The position numbers and the translations under genes are program-made. This document shows, piece by piece, positions 46,377-57,633 of a stretch of DNA of 64,000 nucleotides. The stretch lies in the NCBI GenBank assembly GCA_900314765.1, contig OMWN01000010.1, positions 2,854 through 66,853 of the forward strand, in the 5' to 3' direction. Below the pieces are notes generated by a model, which was not told where the DNA came from, did not search any database, and worked only from the letters and a program-made list of their open reading frames with translations. Position 1 is the stretch's first letter. Each line of letters opens with the position of its first letter. This DNA is from an uncultured Selenomonadales bacterium. GTDB lineage: Bacteria; Bacillota; Negativicutes; Selenomonadales; Selenomonadaceae.

Positions 46377-46981
46377 TAATTTACAACATTCTGCACGTTT
46401 TTTTCTGGCTGCTGTTTTCGATCTTCTTTCGTGCGGAGGCCATCGGCAGAGAAAATATGCCTAAAGATGGCGGCGTCATTCTGGCGGCGAATCATATGAG
46501 CAATTTTGACCCGCCACTTCTCGCGACGTATCTGAGACGTCCCGTCAGCTACATGGCAAAAAAGGAACTGTTCGAGGTGCCAGTGCTCAAGCAAATCATC
46601 ACTGCATGCTTTTCGTTTCCCGTGCGTCGAGGCGCGGCTGACAGAGGCGCCATAAAGGCGGCGCTGAACGAGCTCAAAAAAGGTCGCTGCGTCGGACTTT
46701 TTCCAGAGGGCACGCGAAGCCGTGACGGCAAAACGCATAAGGCGGAGGCGGGTGTCGCTCTCATTGCGGCGATGGCAAAAGTGCCCGTCGTGCCGGCGGC
46801 CATCATCGGTACAAATAGAATTTTTGCGAATGGATCGCTCTTGCCAAAGCTGAAAATCATCTATGGCGAGCCGATGTATTTCACGGGTAAGCACAACAAC
46901 AAGGAAGAATTGGATGAGTTCTCAAAAAAAATTATGGAAGAAATCAAAAAAATGATAAATTTGCATAGCAATAATGGCTGA
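46373..46981 (+). CDS. plsC: 1-acyl-sn-glycerol-3-phosphate acyltransferase
   Basis: ANHMSNFDP (HxxxxD) and FPEGTRS motifs. Confidence 0.9.
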   Translation: MIIYNILHVFFWLLFSIFFRAEAIGRENMPKDGGVILAANHMSNFDPPLLATYLRRPVSYMAKKELFEVPVLKQIITACFSFPVRRGAADRGAIKAALNELKKGRCVGLFPEGTRSRDGKTHKAEAGVALIAAMAKVPVVPAAIIGTNRIFANGSLLPKLKIIYGEPMYFTGKHNNKEELDEFSKKIMEEIKKMINLHSNNG

Positions 46982-47034
46982 AGATATGATATACTGTAAT
47001 ATAAGTTTTGATGAAATGGGTGAAGGATGATTCC

Positions 47035-47862
47035 ATGGAGGTAGTTTTAGCGGAGTATCTTGGCTTCTGCTATGGAGTCAAAAGAGCCATAGGCCTCGCG
47101 AGAAGCGCGGTGCCTATTGGCAATGCCTGCACACTCGGGCCTATCATACACAATCCACAGATGGTCGAGAAACTCGCGAACGAGGGCGTCGGCATGGTGG
47201 AGTCACTGGATGAGATGCCGGATGGCGGTACGATCATCATTCGCTCGCATGGCGTCGGCCCAGCGGTGTATGATAAAATCGAGAAAAAGCATTTGCATGT
47301 CATCGATGCCACATGTCCTCATGTGAAAAAAGCGCAGATGGCGGCTCATGCTCTTGCTGAGGATGGCTGTCACGTCGTCATCATCGGCGAAAAGAAGCAT
47401 CCCGAGGTCAAGAGCATTCTCGAGTGGTCGGGGGAAGACTCTGTCGTCGTAGAGAATGAGGCGGAGGCAGGGAGCATGTCGCCGTGCGGCAAGATGGGCA
47501 TCGTTGCGCAGACGACATTTTCAAGCGACAAGTTTCAGCGCATTGTGTCGCTGCTCCTTTCCAAATCAAACGACATTCATATAGTCAGAACGATATGCAC
47601 GGCGACGGATCAGAGACAGAAGGCCGCGATGGAGCTCGCGTCAAATGTCGATATGATGCTTGTCATCGGCGGCAAGAACAGCGCAAACACGACGAGACTC
47701 GCTGAGCTGTGCTCAAACAAGACAACGACCTATCATCTTGAGACAGCAGATGAGCTCAAAGATGAATGGTTTAATTCTATAAAAAAAATTGGGATCACGG
47801 CCGGAGCTTCGACTCCAGACTGGATCATCAGGGAGGTTTATCAAAAGTGCAAGACGAAATGA
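47035..47862 (+). CDS. ispH: 4-hydroxy-3-methylbut-2-enyl diphosphate reductase
   Basis: GFCYGVKRAI, IDATCPHV and NSANTTRL motifs. I chose the ATG at 47035 because of an AAGGA RBS. Confidence 0.93.
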   Translation: MEVVLAEYLGFCYGVKRAIGLARSAVPIGNACTLGPIIHNPQMVEKLANEGVGMVESLDEMPDGGTIIIRSHGVGPAVYDKIEKKHLHVIDATCPHVKKAQMAAHALAEDGCHVVIIGEKKHPEVKSILEWSGEDSVVVENEAEAGSMSPCGKMGIVAQTTFSSDKFQRIVSLLLSKSNDIHIVRTICTATDQRQKAAMELASNVDMMLVIGGKNSANTTRLAELCSNKTTTYHLETADELKDEWFNSIKKIGITAGASTPDWIIREVYQKCKTK

Positions 47863-48986
47863 CGAACACTAATGAAAATATGGAGGAGATGGAGGCAGCC
47901 CTCGCAGAGCTCAAGTCGCCAAGCAATGGCGACATCGTGAAAGCTCGTGTCGATGAGGTCAACGATAATGAACGCAATGCTACTGTCACGCTCATCGATG
48001 AAGCAACGGGCAACCCGATTTGGGGCGACAGCATTGTTATTTCGGGCAAAGATTTGACTGACAATCCGGATGCGAAAATCAGCGACGTCGTCAAGGTCAA
48101 TGACTTGATTGATGTTGTCGTAGTCGCTCTCTCGGGCAAAGACGGAGATACGAAAGTGTCGAAGACTCGCGCTGACAGGATGACGAAGTGGAAGGAAATG
48201 GATGGCATCGATGAGCGCGGCGAGACAGTGAAGGCTACTGTCCGTCAGGTCGTCAAAGGCGGCCTCGTGGCAGACGTCGATGGCCTGCGCGCATTCATTC
48301 CTGCATCGCAGGTTGACCTTCGCTATGTGAAGGATCTTTCCGTCTATGTTGGCCAGACATTTGACGCTCTTCCGATAGAGTGCGATGTCAAAAAGCAGCG
48401 TCTCGTGCTTTCACGTCGCAATATCCTCGAGAAGGAGCGCGCTGAGAAGCAGGAGAAGCTCTTCTCTACGCTCGAGGAAGGCCAAGTGCTTGACGGCACT
48501 GTAAAGCGCCTTGTCGAATACGGCGCATTCATTGACATCGGCGGAGTCGATGGCCTCGCTCATATTTCGGATCTCTCGTGGGATCGCGTGAAGCATCCAT
48601 CCGATGTCCTCGAGGTCGGTCAGACGCTCAAAGTCAAGGTCAAGAGCTTTGACCCAGAGAAGAAGCGCATTTCGCTCAGCGTGAAGGATACGCTCCCAGA
48701 TCCGTGGTACGATCGTGTCGAGAAGTATCAGGAGAACGAGGAGATAGAGGGTAAAATCATAAAGCTCACAGACTTCGGCGCATTCATGGAGATTGAGACG
48801 GGCTTTGACGGACTGATCCCGATGGGTGAGCTTTCTGACAAGCGCATCGCGAGAGCAGACGAGGCTGTCCACACGGGCGACATCGTTCGCGTCAAGATTT
48901 TGCGTATCGACAAAAATCGCCGTCGCATTTCCCTTTCGATGACGCGCGTTCATAAGGACAAGGATGCAGCGGCTGATGCTGAATAA
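47847..48986 (+). CDS. rpsA: 30S ribosomal protein S1 (four S1 domains)
   Basis: Repeated S1 OB-fold units (G.VK..V..G..VD..G..AF.P, GAFIDIGGVDGLAHISD, FGAFMEIETGFDGLIP). The adjacency to ispH is typical of Firmicutes. Confidence 0.88.
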   Translation: MQDEMTNTNENMEEMEAALAELKSPSNGDIVKARVDEVNDNERNATVTLIDEATGNPIWGDSIVISGKDLTDNPDAKISDVVKVNDLIDVVVVALSGKDGDTKVSKTRADRMTKWKEMDGIDERGETVKATVRQVVKGGLVADVDGLRAFIPASQVDLRYVKDLSVYVGQTFDALPIECDVKKQRLVLSRRNILEKERAEKQEKLFSTLEEGQVLDGTVKRLVEYGAFIDIGGVDGLAHISDLSWDRVKHPSDVLEVGQTLKVKVKSFDPEKKRISLSVKDTLPDPWYDRVEKYQENEEIEGKIIKLTDFGAFMEIETGFDGLIPMGELSDKRIARADEAVHTGDIVRVKILRIDKNRRRISLSMTRVHKDKDAAADAE

Positions 48987-49033
48987 TTTTCGGCAGAAGG
49001 CGATTTGCAGAAGTTTGATTTATGATTGATAAA

Positions 49034-49066
49034 AAGGAGTGATGATTTTTCATCGCTCCTTTTTTC
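49034..49066 (+). terminator. Intrinsic terminator after rpsA
   Basis: AAGGAGTGATGA pairs with TCATCGCTCCTT, followed by TTTT. Confidence 0.8.
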
Positions 49067-49097
49067 GACTATTTTGTTTTTATGAGGATGATTTCAT

Positions 49098-50486
49098 GTG
49101 AAGCAGCATCATTCGGGCAAGGTGCTTCGCGTCGAGCAGGGCAGCATCGCGTCGGAACTTGGCATCGTTCCCGGTGACAAGATAATAGAGATAAACGGCC
49201 AAAGTCTGAGTGACATCATCGATTTCAGCTTCGCCTGTGCCGATGAGGACATAGATCTTTTCGTCGAGCATGGGGACGGCGAGCAGGAACTCATATCGTT
49301 TTCAAAGGATGTCGATGATGAGCTCGGCATAGAGTTCGAGTCTGCCGTTTTTGACGGCATTCGTCGCTGCGCAAACCACTGCGTCTTTTGTTTCGTCGAT
49401 CAGGTGCCGCCGGATATGCGCGGCAGTCTCTATGTCAAAGATGACGATTATCGCTTGTCATTTCTTTATGGCAATTTCGTCACGATGACGAACATGGTCA
49501 AAAACGATATCGAGCGCATCAAGCGGTATCATCTTTCGCCGATTTGCATTTCCGTTCACACGACGAACATGGAGCTGCGCGCGAAGATGCTCGGTACGGA
49601 GCGCGCGTCGCACCTCATGGAGCAGCTTGATGTGCTCGATGAAGCGGGCATAGACTATCACGCGCAGGTCGTGCTGTGTCCTGGCATAAACGACGGCGAC
49701 GAGCTCGACAGGACAATTCGCGACATCATGGAGCGCAGACCGCATGCGCTGTCGCTCGCCATCGTACCTGTGGGGCTCACGAAGTTCAGAGAGGGTTGCT
49801 ATCCTCTGACGCTCTATGATAAAGCGGGCGCTGAGCGTGTCATTGAGCAAGTCGCGAAATGGCAACGAACCGAGCGCTCACGCAGCGGAGAAAAATTTGT
49901 TTATCTCGGCGATGAGTTCTACTTCATGGCGGGCAGGGAAATACCAGCCGAGGATGAGTATGACGGATTTCCACAGCTCGATAACGGCGTAGGGCTCGCG
50001 AGAAATTTTGAGTGTGAGTGGAATGATGCTTTGTTCGAAGATAGTGATGAGGCTTCTTATGATCATCCGTTTAAAATTGCCGTGATATGCGGCACGTCGA
50101 TTGCCCCGTTTTTCGAGAGGCTCACGTCTGCAATCAATATCCATAATCTCCACATTGATGTTGTGCCGACAGCGAATCAATTTTTCGGCGAAAGCGTCAC
50201 GGTGTCGGGGCTCCTCACGGGCGTCGACATCGTGAACGTCATACGTTCGCGCTGTGCCGATGCGGACGGTGTCATCATACCGCGATGCGCCATTCGCGAC
50301 GGTGAAAATGTTTTTCTTGACGATATGACGCTCGGCGAGCTCAGGGAGAAATGCGGCAAGGATGTAAAGACCGCGTTGAGCGGCGGCGAAGTTTATGAAC
50401 TTTTGGCGCATTGGGAGACGGCGGAAAGCTCAGACAAAATGGGTGAGTACGCTTGGCAGAGCAATGCGGCGTATGTGAAATATTAA
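49098..50486 (+). CDS. DUF512 protein (PDZ + radical-SAM-like domain)
   Basis: FCFVDQVPPDMRGSLYVKDDDYRLSFLYGNFVTMTN is the characteristic DUF512-family segment. It has the conserved position upstream of der. Confidence 0.8.
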   Translation: MKQHHSGKVLRVEQGSIASELGIVPGDKIIEINGQSLSDIIDFSFACADEDIDLFVEHGDGEQELISFSKDVDDELGIEFESAVFDGIRRCANHCVFCFVDQVPPDMRGSLYVKDDDYRLSFLYGNFVTMTNMVKNDIERIKRYHLSPICISVHTTNMELRAKMLGTERASHLMEQLDVLDEAGIDYHAQVVLCPGINDGDELDRTIRDIMERRPHALSLAIVPVGLTKFREGCYPLTLYDKAGAERVIEQVAKWQRTERSRSGEKFVYLGDEFYFMAGREIPAEDEYDGFPQLDNGVGLARNFECEWNDALFEDSDEASYDHPFKIAVICGTSIAPFFERLTSAINIHNLHIDVVPTANQFFGESVTVSGLLTGVDIVNVIRSRCADADGVIIPRCAIRDGENVFLDDMTLGELREKCGKDVKTALSGGEVYELLAHWETAESSDKMGEYAWQSNAAYVKY

Positions 50487-50499
50487 GGAGGCGATATAT

Positions 50500-51828
50500 G
50501 TGAGCAAACCTATTGTTGCCATCGTGGGCAGGCCGAACGTGGGCAAGTCAACGCTTTTCAATCAGATTGGCAAGAAGCGCGTGTCCATCGTGGATGATTT
50601 GCCAGGCGTCACGCGCGACCGCATTTACCTCGATGCCGTGTGGCTCGACAAATCGTTTACGATGATTGACACGGGTGGCATTGAGTTCGAGGACGGAACA
50701 TTTGTGAAGGACATCAGGCGTCAAGCCGAGATTGCCGTCGAAGAGGCAGACGTGATTCTCTTTGTCGTCGATGGCCGTGACGGCGTGACGATGACGGACG
50801 AGGAAATATCGAAGATGCTCAGGCGCTCGAACAAGCCTGTGATTCTCGCCGTGAACAAAATCGACAGTCCAAAGCAAGAGAACGATGTCTATGAATTTTA
50901 CAGCCTTGGCCTCGGTGACCCAATACCCATCGCGGCGTCGAACTCGCTCAATTTGGGTGATTTGCTTGACGCTGTCGTCGCGGCGTTTCCAGACACGAGC
51001 GATGAAAATATCGACAAAGATGAAATCAGCATTGCCGTCGTCGGTCGGCCGAATGTCGGCAAGTCGTCTCTCGTGAATGCCGTGCTCGGCGAGGATCGCG
51101 TCATCGTCAGCGACGTCGCGGGGACGACGCGCGATGCCATTGATACGCATTTCACGGAGGGCGACACGAAATTCACGCTGATAGACACGGCGGGCATGAG
51201 GCGCAAGGCGCGCATAGACGAGGCCATCGAGCGATACAGCGTCATGCGCGCATTGAGAGCCGTTGACAGGGCAAACGTCGTGCTCATGGTCATCAGCGCC
51301 GTCGAGGGTCTCACGGACCAAGACAAGAAAATTGCCGGTTTCGTTCACGACTCCGGCAAAGGCGTCATCATCGTCGTGAACAAGTGGGACATCTACGACA
51401 AGGACGAGAAGTCAACATTGCGCTTCACGGAAATGCTGCGCAATGAGTTGCCGTTTCTCCAGTATGCGCCCGTGCTGTATGTGTCGGCGCTGACGAAGAA
51501 GCGCATAGACCACGTGACGGGTCTCGTGAAGTACGTGGCCAATCAAGCGGCACTACGCATACAGACGAGCGTGCTCAACGAGCTGCTGCGCGACGCGATG
51601 CTCGTCAATCCGCCGCCCGCTCATCAGGGCAGGCAGCTTAAAGTTTATTTTTTGACGCAGGTCGGCATCGAGCCGCCAAAATTTGTCATTTTCGTCAACG
51701 AGCCAGAACTCATGCACTTTTCCTACGTGCGCTTTCTCGAGAACAAGTTGCGCGAGACGTTTGGCTTTGAAGGCACACCGATAAAGATGATTGTGCGCGG
51801 CAAGAAAGAAGGAGATGATGATGTATGA
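50500..51828 (+). CDS. der: Ribosome biogenesis GTPase Der (EngA)
   Basis: Two GTPase domains (GRPNVGKSTLFN and GRPNVGKSSLVN) plus a KH-like C-terminus. Confidence 0.95.
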   Translation: MSKPIVAIVGRPNVGKSTLFNQIGKKRVSIVDDLPGVTRDRIYLDAVWLDKSFTMIDTGGIEFEDGTFVKDIRRQAEIAVEEADVILFVVDGRDGVTMTDEEISKMLRRSNKPVILAVNKIDSPKQENDVYEFYSLGLGDPIPIAASNSLNLGDLLDAVVAAFPDTSDENIDKDEISIAVVGRPNVGKSSLVNAVLGEDRVIVSDVAGTTRDAIDTHFTEGDTKFTLIDTAGMRRKARIDEAIERYSVMRALRAVDRANVVLMVISAVEGLTDQDKKIAGFVHDSGKGVIIVVNKWDIYDKDEKSTLRFTEMLRNELPFLQYAPVLYVSALTKKRIDHVTGLVKYVANQAALRIQTSVLNELLRDAMLVNPPPAHQGRQLKVYFLTQVGIEPPKFVIFVNEPELMHFSYVRFLENKLRETFGFEGTPIKMIVRGKKEGDDDV

Positions 51829-52421
51829 CAAAAGTGTTGATTGTCTGCATCGTGGCGTATGTCATCGGCTCTATACCGAATGGGCTAATATTTGGCAAGC
51901 TGCTGTGGCACACGGATTTGCGTGAGCACGGCAGCCACAACATCGGCGCGACGAACGCGTGGCGCACGCTCGGCAAAGGGCCAGGCTTTCTTATCTTTGC
52001 ACTCGACTGTCTCAAGGGCATCATCGGCGTCGGGCTCGGGCTGTGGGTCGCGTCGCCGCTCGCGGCTGTGCTCGGCGGCGTGTTTGCCATCGTGGGTCAC
52101 TCTTGCTCGCTGTTCCTCAAATTCAAAGGCGGCAAGGGCGTGGCAACGGGACTTGGCGTCATCGCCATGCTCATGCCGAAGGTGACGGCCATCGTTTTTT
52201 TGATATGGTTCGTCATTGTGCTCGTCACGCGATATGTGTCGCTCGGCTCCATCGTTGCCGCTGCGTGCGTGCCGATACTCGCATTTTTCTTTGACGAGCC
52301 GACGGAGTATGTCGTGCTCGGCGTCGCCGCAGCAATATTCATCATCGTTCGTCACAGGACGAACATCGAGCGACTCATGAACGGGACGGAGAGCAAAATA
52401 AAAGCGGGACATCGAAATTGA
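51825..52421 (+). CDS. plsY: Glycerol-3-phosphate acyltransferase PlsY
   Basis: YVIGSIPNGLIFGK, GSHNIGATNAWR and FKGGKGVATG motifs. Confidence 0.93.
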   Translation: MTKVLIVCIVAYVIGSIPNGLIFGKLLWHTDLREHGSHNIGATNAWRTLGKGPGFLIFALDCLKGIIGVGLGLWVASPLAAVLGGVFAIVGHSCSLFLKFKGGKGVATGLGVIAMLMPKVTAIVFLIWFVIVLVTRYVSLGSIVAAACVPILAFFFDEPTEYVVLGVAAAIFIIVRHRTNIERLMNGTESKIKAGHRN

Positions 52422-52459
52422 ATCGAAAATAAAAGCAAAAATAAAATAGACTCAGAATC

Positions 52460-52499
52460 AAAAATCATGACACGGAAAAATCTGTGTCATGATTTTTTT
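52460..52499 (+). terminator. Intrinsic terminator after plsY
   Basis: ATCATGACAC (52464-52473) pairs with GTGTCATGAT (52484-52493), followed by TTTTTT. Confidence 0.85.
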
Positions 52500-52500
52500 A

Positions 52501-52529
52501 TTGATTTTTGTAAAGATTGTCTTTAAAAT
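52501..52529 (+). promoter_or_regulatory. Sigma-70-type promoter for the HD-protein/glnS/leuS unit
   Basis: TTGATT (52501-52506), 17-nt spacer, TAAAAT (52524-52529). Confidence 0.55.
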
Positions 52530-52556
52530 AAATAGAATGGAGTGAGGTCTGATAAA

Positions 52557-53318
52557 TTGTCTAAAATTGATGATAAATGCAAAGAGCTTAACCGATGGTT
52601 TCATGATTACGTGAAATCGTTTTACACGAATGATGCGGAAGTTCAGCGCGCCATGCTGATGAAGGAGGAGCACACGTCATACGTTCGCGACGTCGCGCGA
52701 CTGCTCGCGCTTCATCTCAAATTTTCGCCGCACGACGCGACGCTCGCTGAAATCATGGGCGTGCTTCACGACGTCGGACGCTTTCGTCAGTTCACGGTCT
52801 ACAAAACGTTCAACGACGCTCAGTCGTGTGACCATGCAGAGATGGGCCTGCGCGTCATGGATGATGAGCAACTGCTTGATGGCTTTCCCGATGACGATGC
52901 GTCGCTCATACGATTTGCGATACAAAATCACAACAAAAAAGTAATTGCCCCAGCGCCGTCCGAGAGAGCGCTGCTGTTTGCGAAACTTTTGCGCGATGCG
53001 GACAAACTCGATATTTACAGAGTGCTCGAGCCGTTCATCGGTCCGCCCGACGGCACGGGCGTCTCGCCCGATTTTCGCACGCGGTTCGTGTCGGGCGAGC
53101 AGGTGGACTACACGCTCATTCGCACGCAGGATGACAGAAAGCTCGTGAGGCTCATGTGGGTCTACGACGTGAATTTCGTCTGGACACTCAGGCGCATCGT
53201 GGAGCGCGGCTACATAGAGAAAATCATTGACAATCTGCCACATGGCGACGACGAGATCAAGAAGGGCATCGTTCGCCTCAGAGCGTATGTCGAGCAGAGA
53301 TTGAAAGAGGACAAATAA
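52557..53318 (+). CDS. HD-domain phosphohydrolase, function unknown
   Basis: The H...HD motif (VLHDVGRF) and downstream DADKLD are typical of the HD superfamily. The start is uncertain (GTG at 52542 or TTG at 52557). Confidence 0.75.
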   Translation: MSKIDDKCKELNRWFHDYVKSFYTNDAEVQRAMLMKEEHTSYVRDVARLLALHLKFSPHDATLAEIMGVLHDVGRFRQFTVYKTFNDAQSCDHAEMGLRVMDDEQLLDGFPDDDASLIRFAIQNHNKKVIAPAPSERALLFAKLLRDADKLDIYRVLEPFIGPPDGTGVSPDFRTRFVSGEQVDYTLIRTQDDRKLVRLMWVYDVNFVWTLRRIVERGYIEKIIDNLPHGDDEIKKGIVRLRAYVEQRLKEDK

Positions 53319-53355
53319 TTTAAACCATTAATATATGTTGAAGGAGCTAGTAAAA

Positions 53356-55032
53356 ATGGCGGAAAAAGAGACACTTGCCCCGAATTTTATCGAGGCCGCA
53401 ATCAAAGAGGACTTGAAAAACGGAAAGTACACGACAGGAATTCACACGAGGTTTCCGCCTGAGCCGAATGGGTATCTGCATATAGGCCACGCGAAATCCA
53501 TTTGCCTGAATTTCGGCATTGCGCAGCATTTCGACGGCAAATGCAACCTGCGTTTCGATGATACGAATCCGACGAAGGAAGATGTCGAGTATGTTGACTC
53601 CATACAGGAGGATGTCAAATGGCTTGGCTTCACATGGGATGACAGGAAGTTCTACGCGTCGAATTATTTTCCGAAGCTCTATGAGTTTGCCGTTGAGCTC
53701 ATAAAGCGTGGACTCGCGTTCGTTGACGACCTCTCGGCGGATGAGATTCGCGAGTATCGCGGCACGCTGACGGAGCCGGGCAAAGAGAGCCCGTGCAGAA
53801 ATCGCTCCGTCGAGGAAAATCTCAATCTTTTCACGCGCATGAAGAACGGTGAGTTCAAGGACGGCGAGCATGTCCTGCGCGCGAAGATAGACATGGCATC
53901 GCCGAATATCAACATGCGCGACCCCGTGATTTATCGCATCGCTCACGCGAGCCATCATCGCACGGGCGATGAGTGGTGCATTTATCCCATGTATGATTTC
54001 GCGCATCCGCTTTCTGATGCCATCGAGGGCATCACGCACTCCATCTGCACGCTCGAGTTTGAGGATCACAGGCCGCTGTATGATTGGATCTTGGATTCGC
54101 TCGGATTCGATGTGAATACGAGACCGCGCCAGATAGAATTTGCGCGCCTCAATCTGACGAATACCGTCACGAGCAAAAGAAAGCTGCGCCAGCTCGTCGA
54201 GGGCGGCTATGTGTCGGGCTGGGATGACCCGCGCATGCCGACGATTTCGGGATTCCGCCGTCGCGGCTACACGCCTGCATCCATACGCGATTTCTGTGAG
54301 CGCATCGGCGTCGCGAAAAGCAACAGCCTCGTCGATTCGTCCATGCTCGAGCATTGTGTGCGCGAGGACCTCAACAAGAACGCTGACCGCGTCATGGCTG
54401 TGCTCGACCCGATAAAGGTCATCATCACGAATTATCCAGAGGGCAAGACGGAATATGTGCTTGCCGACAACAACCCGATGCGCGATGGCAAGCGGTACGT
54501 GCCGTTCACGCGCGAGCTGTATATCGAGCGCGAGGATTTCGCGGAGAATCCGCCGAAGAAATTTTTCCGTCTGAAGCCAGACGGAGAGGTAAGGCTGAAG
54601 CACGCGTATATCATAAAATGCGAGGAAGTCATAAAGGACGCGGATGGCAATGTCACGGAGCTCCACTGCACGTACGACCCAGAGTCGAAGGAAGGCGGCG
54701 CGACGGCCAACCGCAAGGTGAAGGGCACGCTCCATTGGGTGTCTGTGCCGACGGCGCTGAAGTGCGAGGTGCGCCTCTATGATTATTTGATCAACACGGA
54801 TGAGAACGGCAATGTGCCAGATGATTTCATCGCCTCGCTCAATCCAAATTCGCTCAAGGTTTTGTCGAATGCGTTCATCGAGCCAAGCGTCGCGCTGGCG
54901 GCTCAAGGCATGCATTATCAGTTTCTCAGGAAGGGTTATTTCTGCGTTGACAAGGACTCGACGCCGGAGCACCTAGTGTTCAATGAGGTCGTCGGCCTCC
55001 GTGACACATGGGCGAAGGTACAGAATAAGTAA
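53356..55032 (+). CDS. glnS: Glutamine--tRNA ligase
   Basis: [16 protein letters not shown] (HIGH) and VTSKRKL (KMSKS-like), with typical GlnRS length and C-terminal beta-barrels. Confidence 0.93.
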   Translation: MAEKETLAPNFIEAAIKEDLKNGKYTTGIHTRFPPEPNGYLHIGHAKSICLNFGIAQHFDGKCNLRFDDTNPTKEDVEYVDSIQEDVKWLGFTWDDRKFYASNYFPKLYEFAVELIKRGLAFVDDLSADEIREYRGTLTEPGKESPCRNRSVEENLNLFTRMKNGEFKDGEHVLRAKIDMASPNINMRDPVIYRIAHASHHRTGDEWCIYPMYDFAHPLSDAIEGITHSICTLEFEDHRPLYDWILDSLGFDVNTRPRQIEFARLNLTNTVTSKRKLRQLVEGGYVSGWDDPRMPTISGFRRRGYTPASIRDFCERIGVAKSNSLVDSSMLEHCVREDLNKNADRVMAVLDPIKVIITNYPEGKTEYVLADNNPMRDGKRYVPFTRELYIEREDFAENPPKKFFRLKPDGEVRLKHAYIIKCEEVIKDADGNVTELHCTYDPESKEGGATANRKVKGTLHWVSVPTALKCEVRLYDYLINTDENGNVPDDFIASLNPNSLKVLSNAFIEPSVALAAQGMHYQFLRKGYFCVDKDSTPEHLVFNEVVGLRDTWAKVQNK

Positions 55033-55064
55033 AAATTTATACATAGATGATGGAGGGCAATCCA

Positions 55065-57545
55065 ATGGATAAGTACGCACCGCATGAGATAGAGAAAAAG
55101 TGGCAGGAGATATGGGCCAAGGGCGACGTATATAGGACAGAAGCGAATCCCGATAAGAAGAAATATTACGTGCTTGAGATGTTCCCGTATCCATCGGGCA
55201 ATCTTCACATGGGCCACGTCAGAAATTATTCGATAGGCGACGTCATGGCTCGCTATCGCCACATGGCCGGCTACAATGTCATTCACCCGATGGGCTTTGA
55301 CGCTTTCGGCATGCCGGCGGAGAATGCGGCCATACAGCATGGCGTGCGTCCGTCCGATTGGACGTTTTCCAATATAGAGAACATGGAGCGTCAGCAGCGC
55401 GAGATGGGACTCTCATACGATTGGGACAGGGAGGCCATCACCTGCAAGCCAGAGTACTACAAGTGGACGCAGTGGCTGTTTGAGCTTTTCTACAAGCGCG
55501 GCCTCGCATACAAAAAAGAAGCGTCCGTGAACTGGTGCGACAAGTGCGGCACGGTGCTCGCGAACGAGCAGGTCATAGACGGTAAGTGTTGGCGTTGCGA
55601 CAGCGAAGTACACAAAAAGGACCTCTCTCAGTGGTTCCTCAAGATTACGGACTACGCGGACGAGCTTTTGAAGGACCTCGATTTGCTGAAGGGCTGGCCA
55701 GAGCGCGTCAAGACGATGCAGGCGAACTGGATAGGCAGAAGTGAGGGTCTTGAGTTCAAACTCGATGTGCCGTCGCTCGGCGAGAAACTGGCCGTCTACA
55801 CGACGCGCCCTGATACGGCATACGGCATAACGTTTGTCGCGCTAGCGGCTGAGCATCCAATCATCGATAAAATATGCGAGAATAATCCGAAGGCGGACGA
55901 GATTCGCGCGTTCTGCGAGAAGGCGCGCAATGAGTCGGAGATGGAGCGCACGTCGAGTGAGTCCGAGAAGGAAGGCGTGTTCACGGGCGTCTACGCCGTC
56001 AATCCATTCAACGGCAACAAGGTGGAGCTCTGGGTGACGAACTACGTGCTCGCCGACTATGGCACGGGCGCGGTCATGGGCGTGCCTGCCGGCGATCAGC
56101 GTGACTGGATGTTCGCGAAGAAATATCATCTGCCCATCATCATCACGTGCCAGCCAGAGGGCGTGACACTGAGGCTTGAAGACATGGGTCACGCGTATGA
56201 TGAGAAGAAGGGTGTCCTCGTAAATTCGGGCAAATTCGATGGCATGGAAATGCACAAGGCCATGAAGGCCATCATGGATGAGGCTGAGGCGCAGGGCTTT
56301 GGCAAGCGCCGCGTGAACTATCGCCTGCGCGATTGGCTCATATCGCGTCAGCGCTATTGGGGCGCGCCGATACCTATCATTCATTGCCCGCACTGCGGCG
56401 CCGTGCTCGTGCCGGAAGAAGATTTGCCTGTGAGACTGCCGGAGAACGTCAAGTTCGAGCAGGGCGTCGTCTCGCCGCTGGCTCAGTGCGAGGAGTTCGT
56501 CAACTGCAAGTGCCCGAAGTGCGGCGCCGATGCGCGTCGTGAGACGGACACGATGGACACGTTCATCTGCTCGTCGTGGTACTATCTGCGCTACACCGAC
56601 CCGCACAATGACAAGATGCCATTCGCGAAGGACAAGGCGAATTATTGGGCGCCTGTCGATCAATATATCGGCGGCATAGAGCACGCCATCCTGCACCTTT
56701 TGTATTCGCGCTTCTTCACGAAGGTGCTGCGCGATGCGGGACTCGTCGATTTCGACGAACCATTCACGAACCTCTTGACACAGGGCATGGTCCTCAAAGA
56801 TGGCGGCAAGATGAGCAAATCGAAGGGCAATGTCGTCTCACCAGAGGAAATCATCGCGAAGTACGGCGCGGACACGGCGCGCATATTCATCCTGTTCGCG
56901 GCGCCGCCGGAGCGCGACCTCGAGTGGAGCGAGCAGGGCGTCGAGGGCGCGTTCAGGTTCCTCAATCGCGTATGGCGCATAGTCCTGCAGTTCGAGGACA
57001 AAGTCAAAAGCGGCAAGGATGACTACGATGTTGCGAAGCTCACGCATGACGAGAAGGAACTGCGCCGCGTGCTTCATACGACGATTGCGAAAGTGACGGA
57101 GGATGTGCGTGACCGCTTCACGTTCAACACGGCCATTAGCTCCATTATGGAGCTCGTCAATGCGTTCTATGCGTTCCAAGACGATGAGACCGTAAACGAT
57201 GGCCTCGTGCGCGAGGTCGTGCTCAATCTCCTGCGCATGCTTTCGCCATTTGCGCCGCATATCGCTGAGGAGATGTGGAGCCGCGTCGTGGGCGACAGCA
57301 CGAGCGTCCATGATGAGAAGTGGCCAGAGGCTGACAAAAAGGCGATGATGCAGTCAGAGGTGGAGATTGTTCTCCAGATAAATGGCAAGGTGCGCGATCG
57401 CATCATGATACCGGCCGACATCGACCGTGATGAAATGCAGAAAGTCGCACTCGAGCAGCCGAAGGTCAAAGGATACACGGAGGGCAAGGCAATCGTGAAG
57501 GTGATTGCCGTGCCGAAGAAGCTCGTCAATATCGTCGTCAAATAG
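55065..57545 (+). CDS. leuS: Leucine--tRNA ligase
   Basis: [15 protein letters not shown] (HIGH variant), KMSKSKGN and a CP1 editing domain. Confidence 0.95.
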   Translation: MDKYAPHEIEKKWQEIWAKGDVYRTEANPDKKKYYVLEMFPYPSGNLHMGHVRNYSIGDVMARYRHMAGYNVIHPMGFDAFGMPAENAAIQHGVRPSDWTFSNIENMERQQREMGLSYDWDREAITCKPEYYKWTQWLFELFYKRGLAYKKEASVNWCDKCGTVLANEQVIDGKCWRCDSEVHKKDLSQWFLKITDYADELLKDLDLLKGWPERVKTMQANWIGRSEGLEFKLDVPSLGEKLAVYTTRPDTAYGITFVALAAEHPIIDKICENNPKADEIRAFCEKARNESEMERTSSESEKEGVFTGVYAVNPFNGNKVELWVTNYVLADYGTGAVMGVPAGDQRDWMFAKKYHLPIIITCQPEGVTLRLEDMGHAYDEKKGVLVNSGKFDGMEMHKAMKAIMDEAEAQGFGKRRVNYRLRDWLISRQRYWGAPIPIIHCPHCGAVLVPEEDLPVRLPENVKFEQGVVSPLAQCEEFVNCKCPKCGADARRETDTMDTFICSSWYYLRYTDPHNDKMPFAKDKANYWAPVDQYIGGIEHAILHLLYSRFFTKVLRDAGLVDFDEPFTNLLTQGMVLKDGGKMSKSKGNVVSPEEIIAKYGADTARIFILFAAPPERDLEWSEQGVEGAFRFLNRVWRIVLQFEDKVKSGKDDYDVAKLTHDEKELRRVLHTTIAKVTEDVRDRFTFNTAISSIMELVNAFYAFQDDETVNDGLVREVVLNLLRMLSPFAPHIAEEMWSRVVGDSTSVHDEKWPEADKKAMMQSEVEIVLQINGKVRDRIMIPADIDRDEMQKVALEQPKVKGYTEGKAIVKVIAVPKKLVNIVVK

Positions 57546-57571
57546 CATGTCGGGTAATATGCTTATGCCAC

Positions 57572-57600
57572 TTGTTTCTCTTCTGCTTTTGGTTTAAAAT
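57572..57600 (+). promoter_or_regulatory. Candidate promoter for the HD-GYP gene
   Basis: TTGTTT (57572-57577), 17-nt spacer, TAAAAT (57595-57600). Confidence 0.45.
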
Positions 57601-57633
57601 GATATATATAAAGAAATGAAGGGAATGTGAATC

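Noticed and set aside
53319-53355. T-box leaders upstream of glnS and leuS (also 55033..55064).
   Set aside because: The intergenic spacers are under 40 nt. Both synthetase genes appear to be co-transcribed with the upstream HD-domain gene.
53347-54972. Long antisense ORFs opposite well-supported genes. Examples are 53347..54972(-), 62199..63695(-), 30950..32719(-), 40833..42095(-), 42095..43171(-), 14524..15474(-), 12743..13597(-), 11249..12076(-) and 55842..56696(-).
   Set aside because: They are R/H/L-rich, low-complexity translations with no recognisable motifs. Each lies exactly opposite a gene with strong family signatures. These are typical shadow ORFs of GC3-rich coding DNA.
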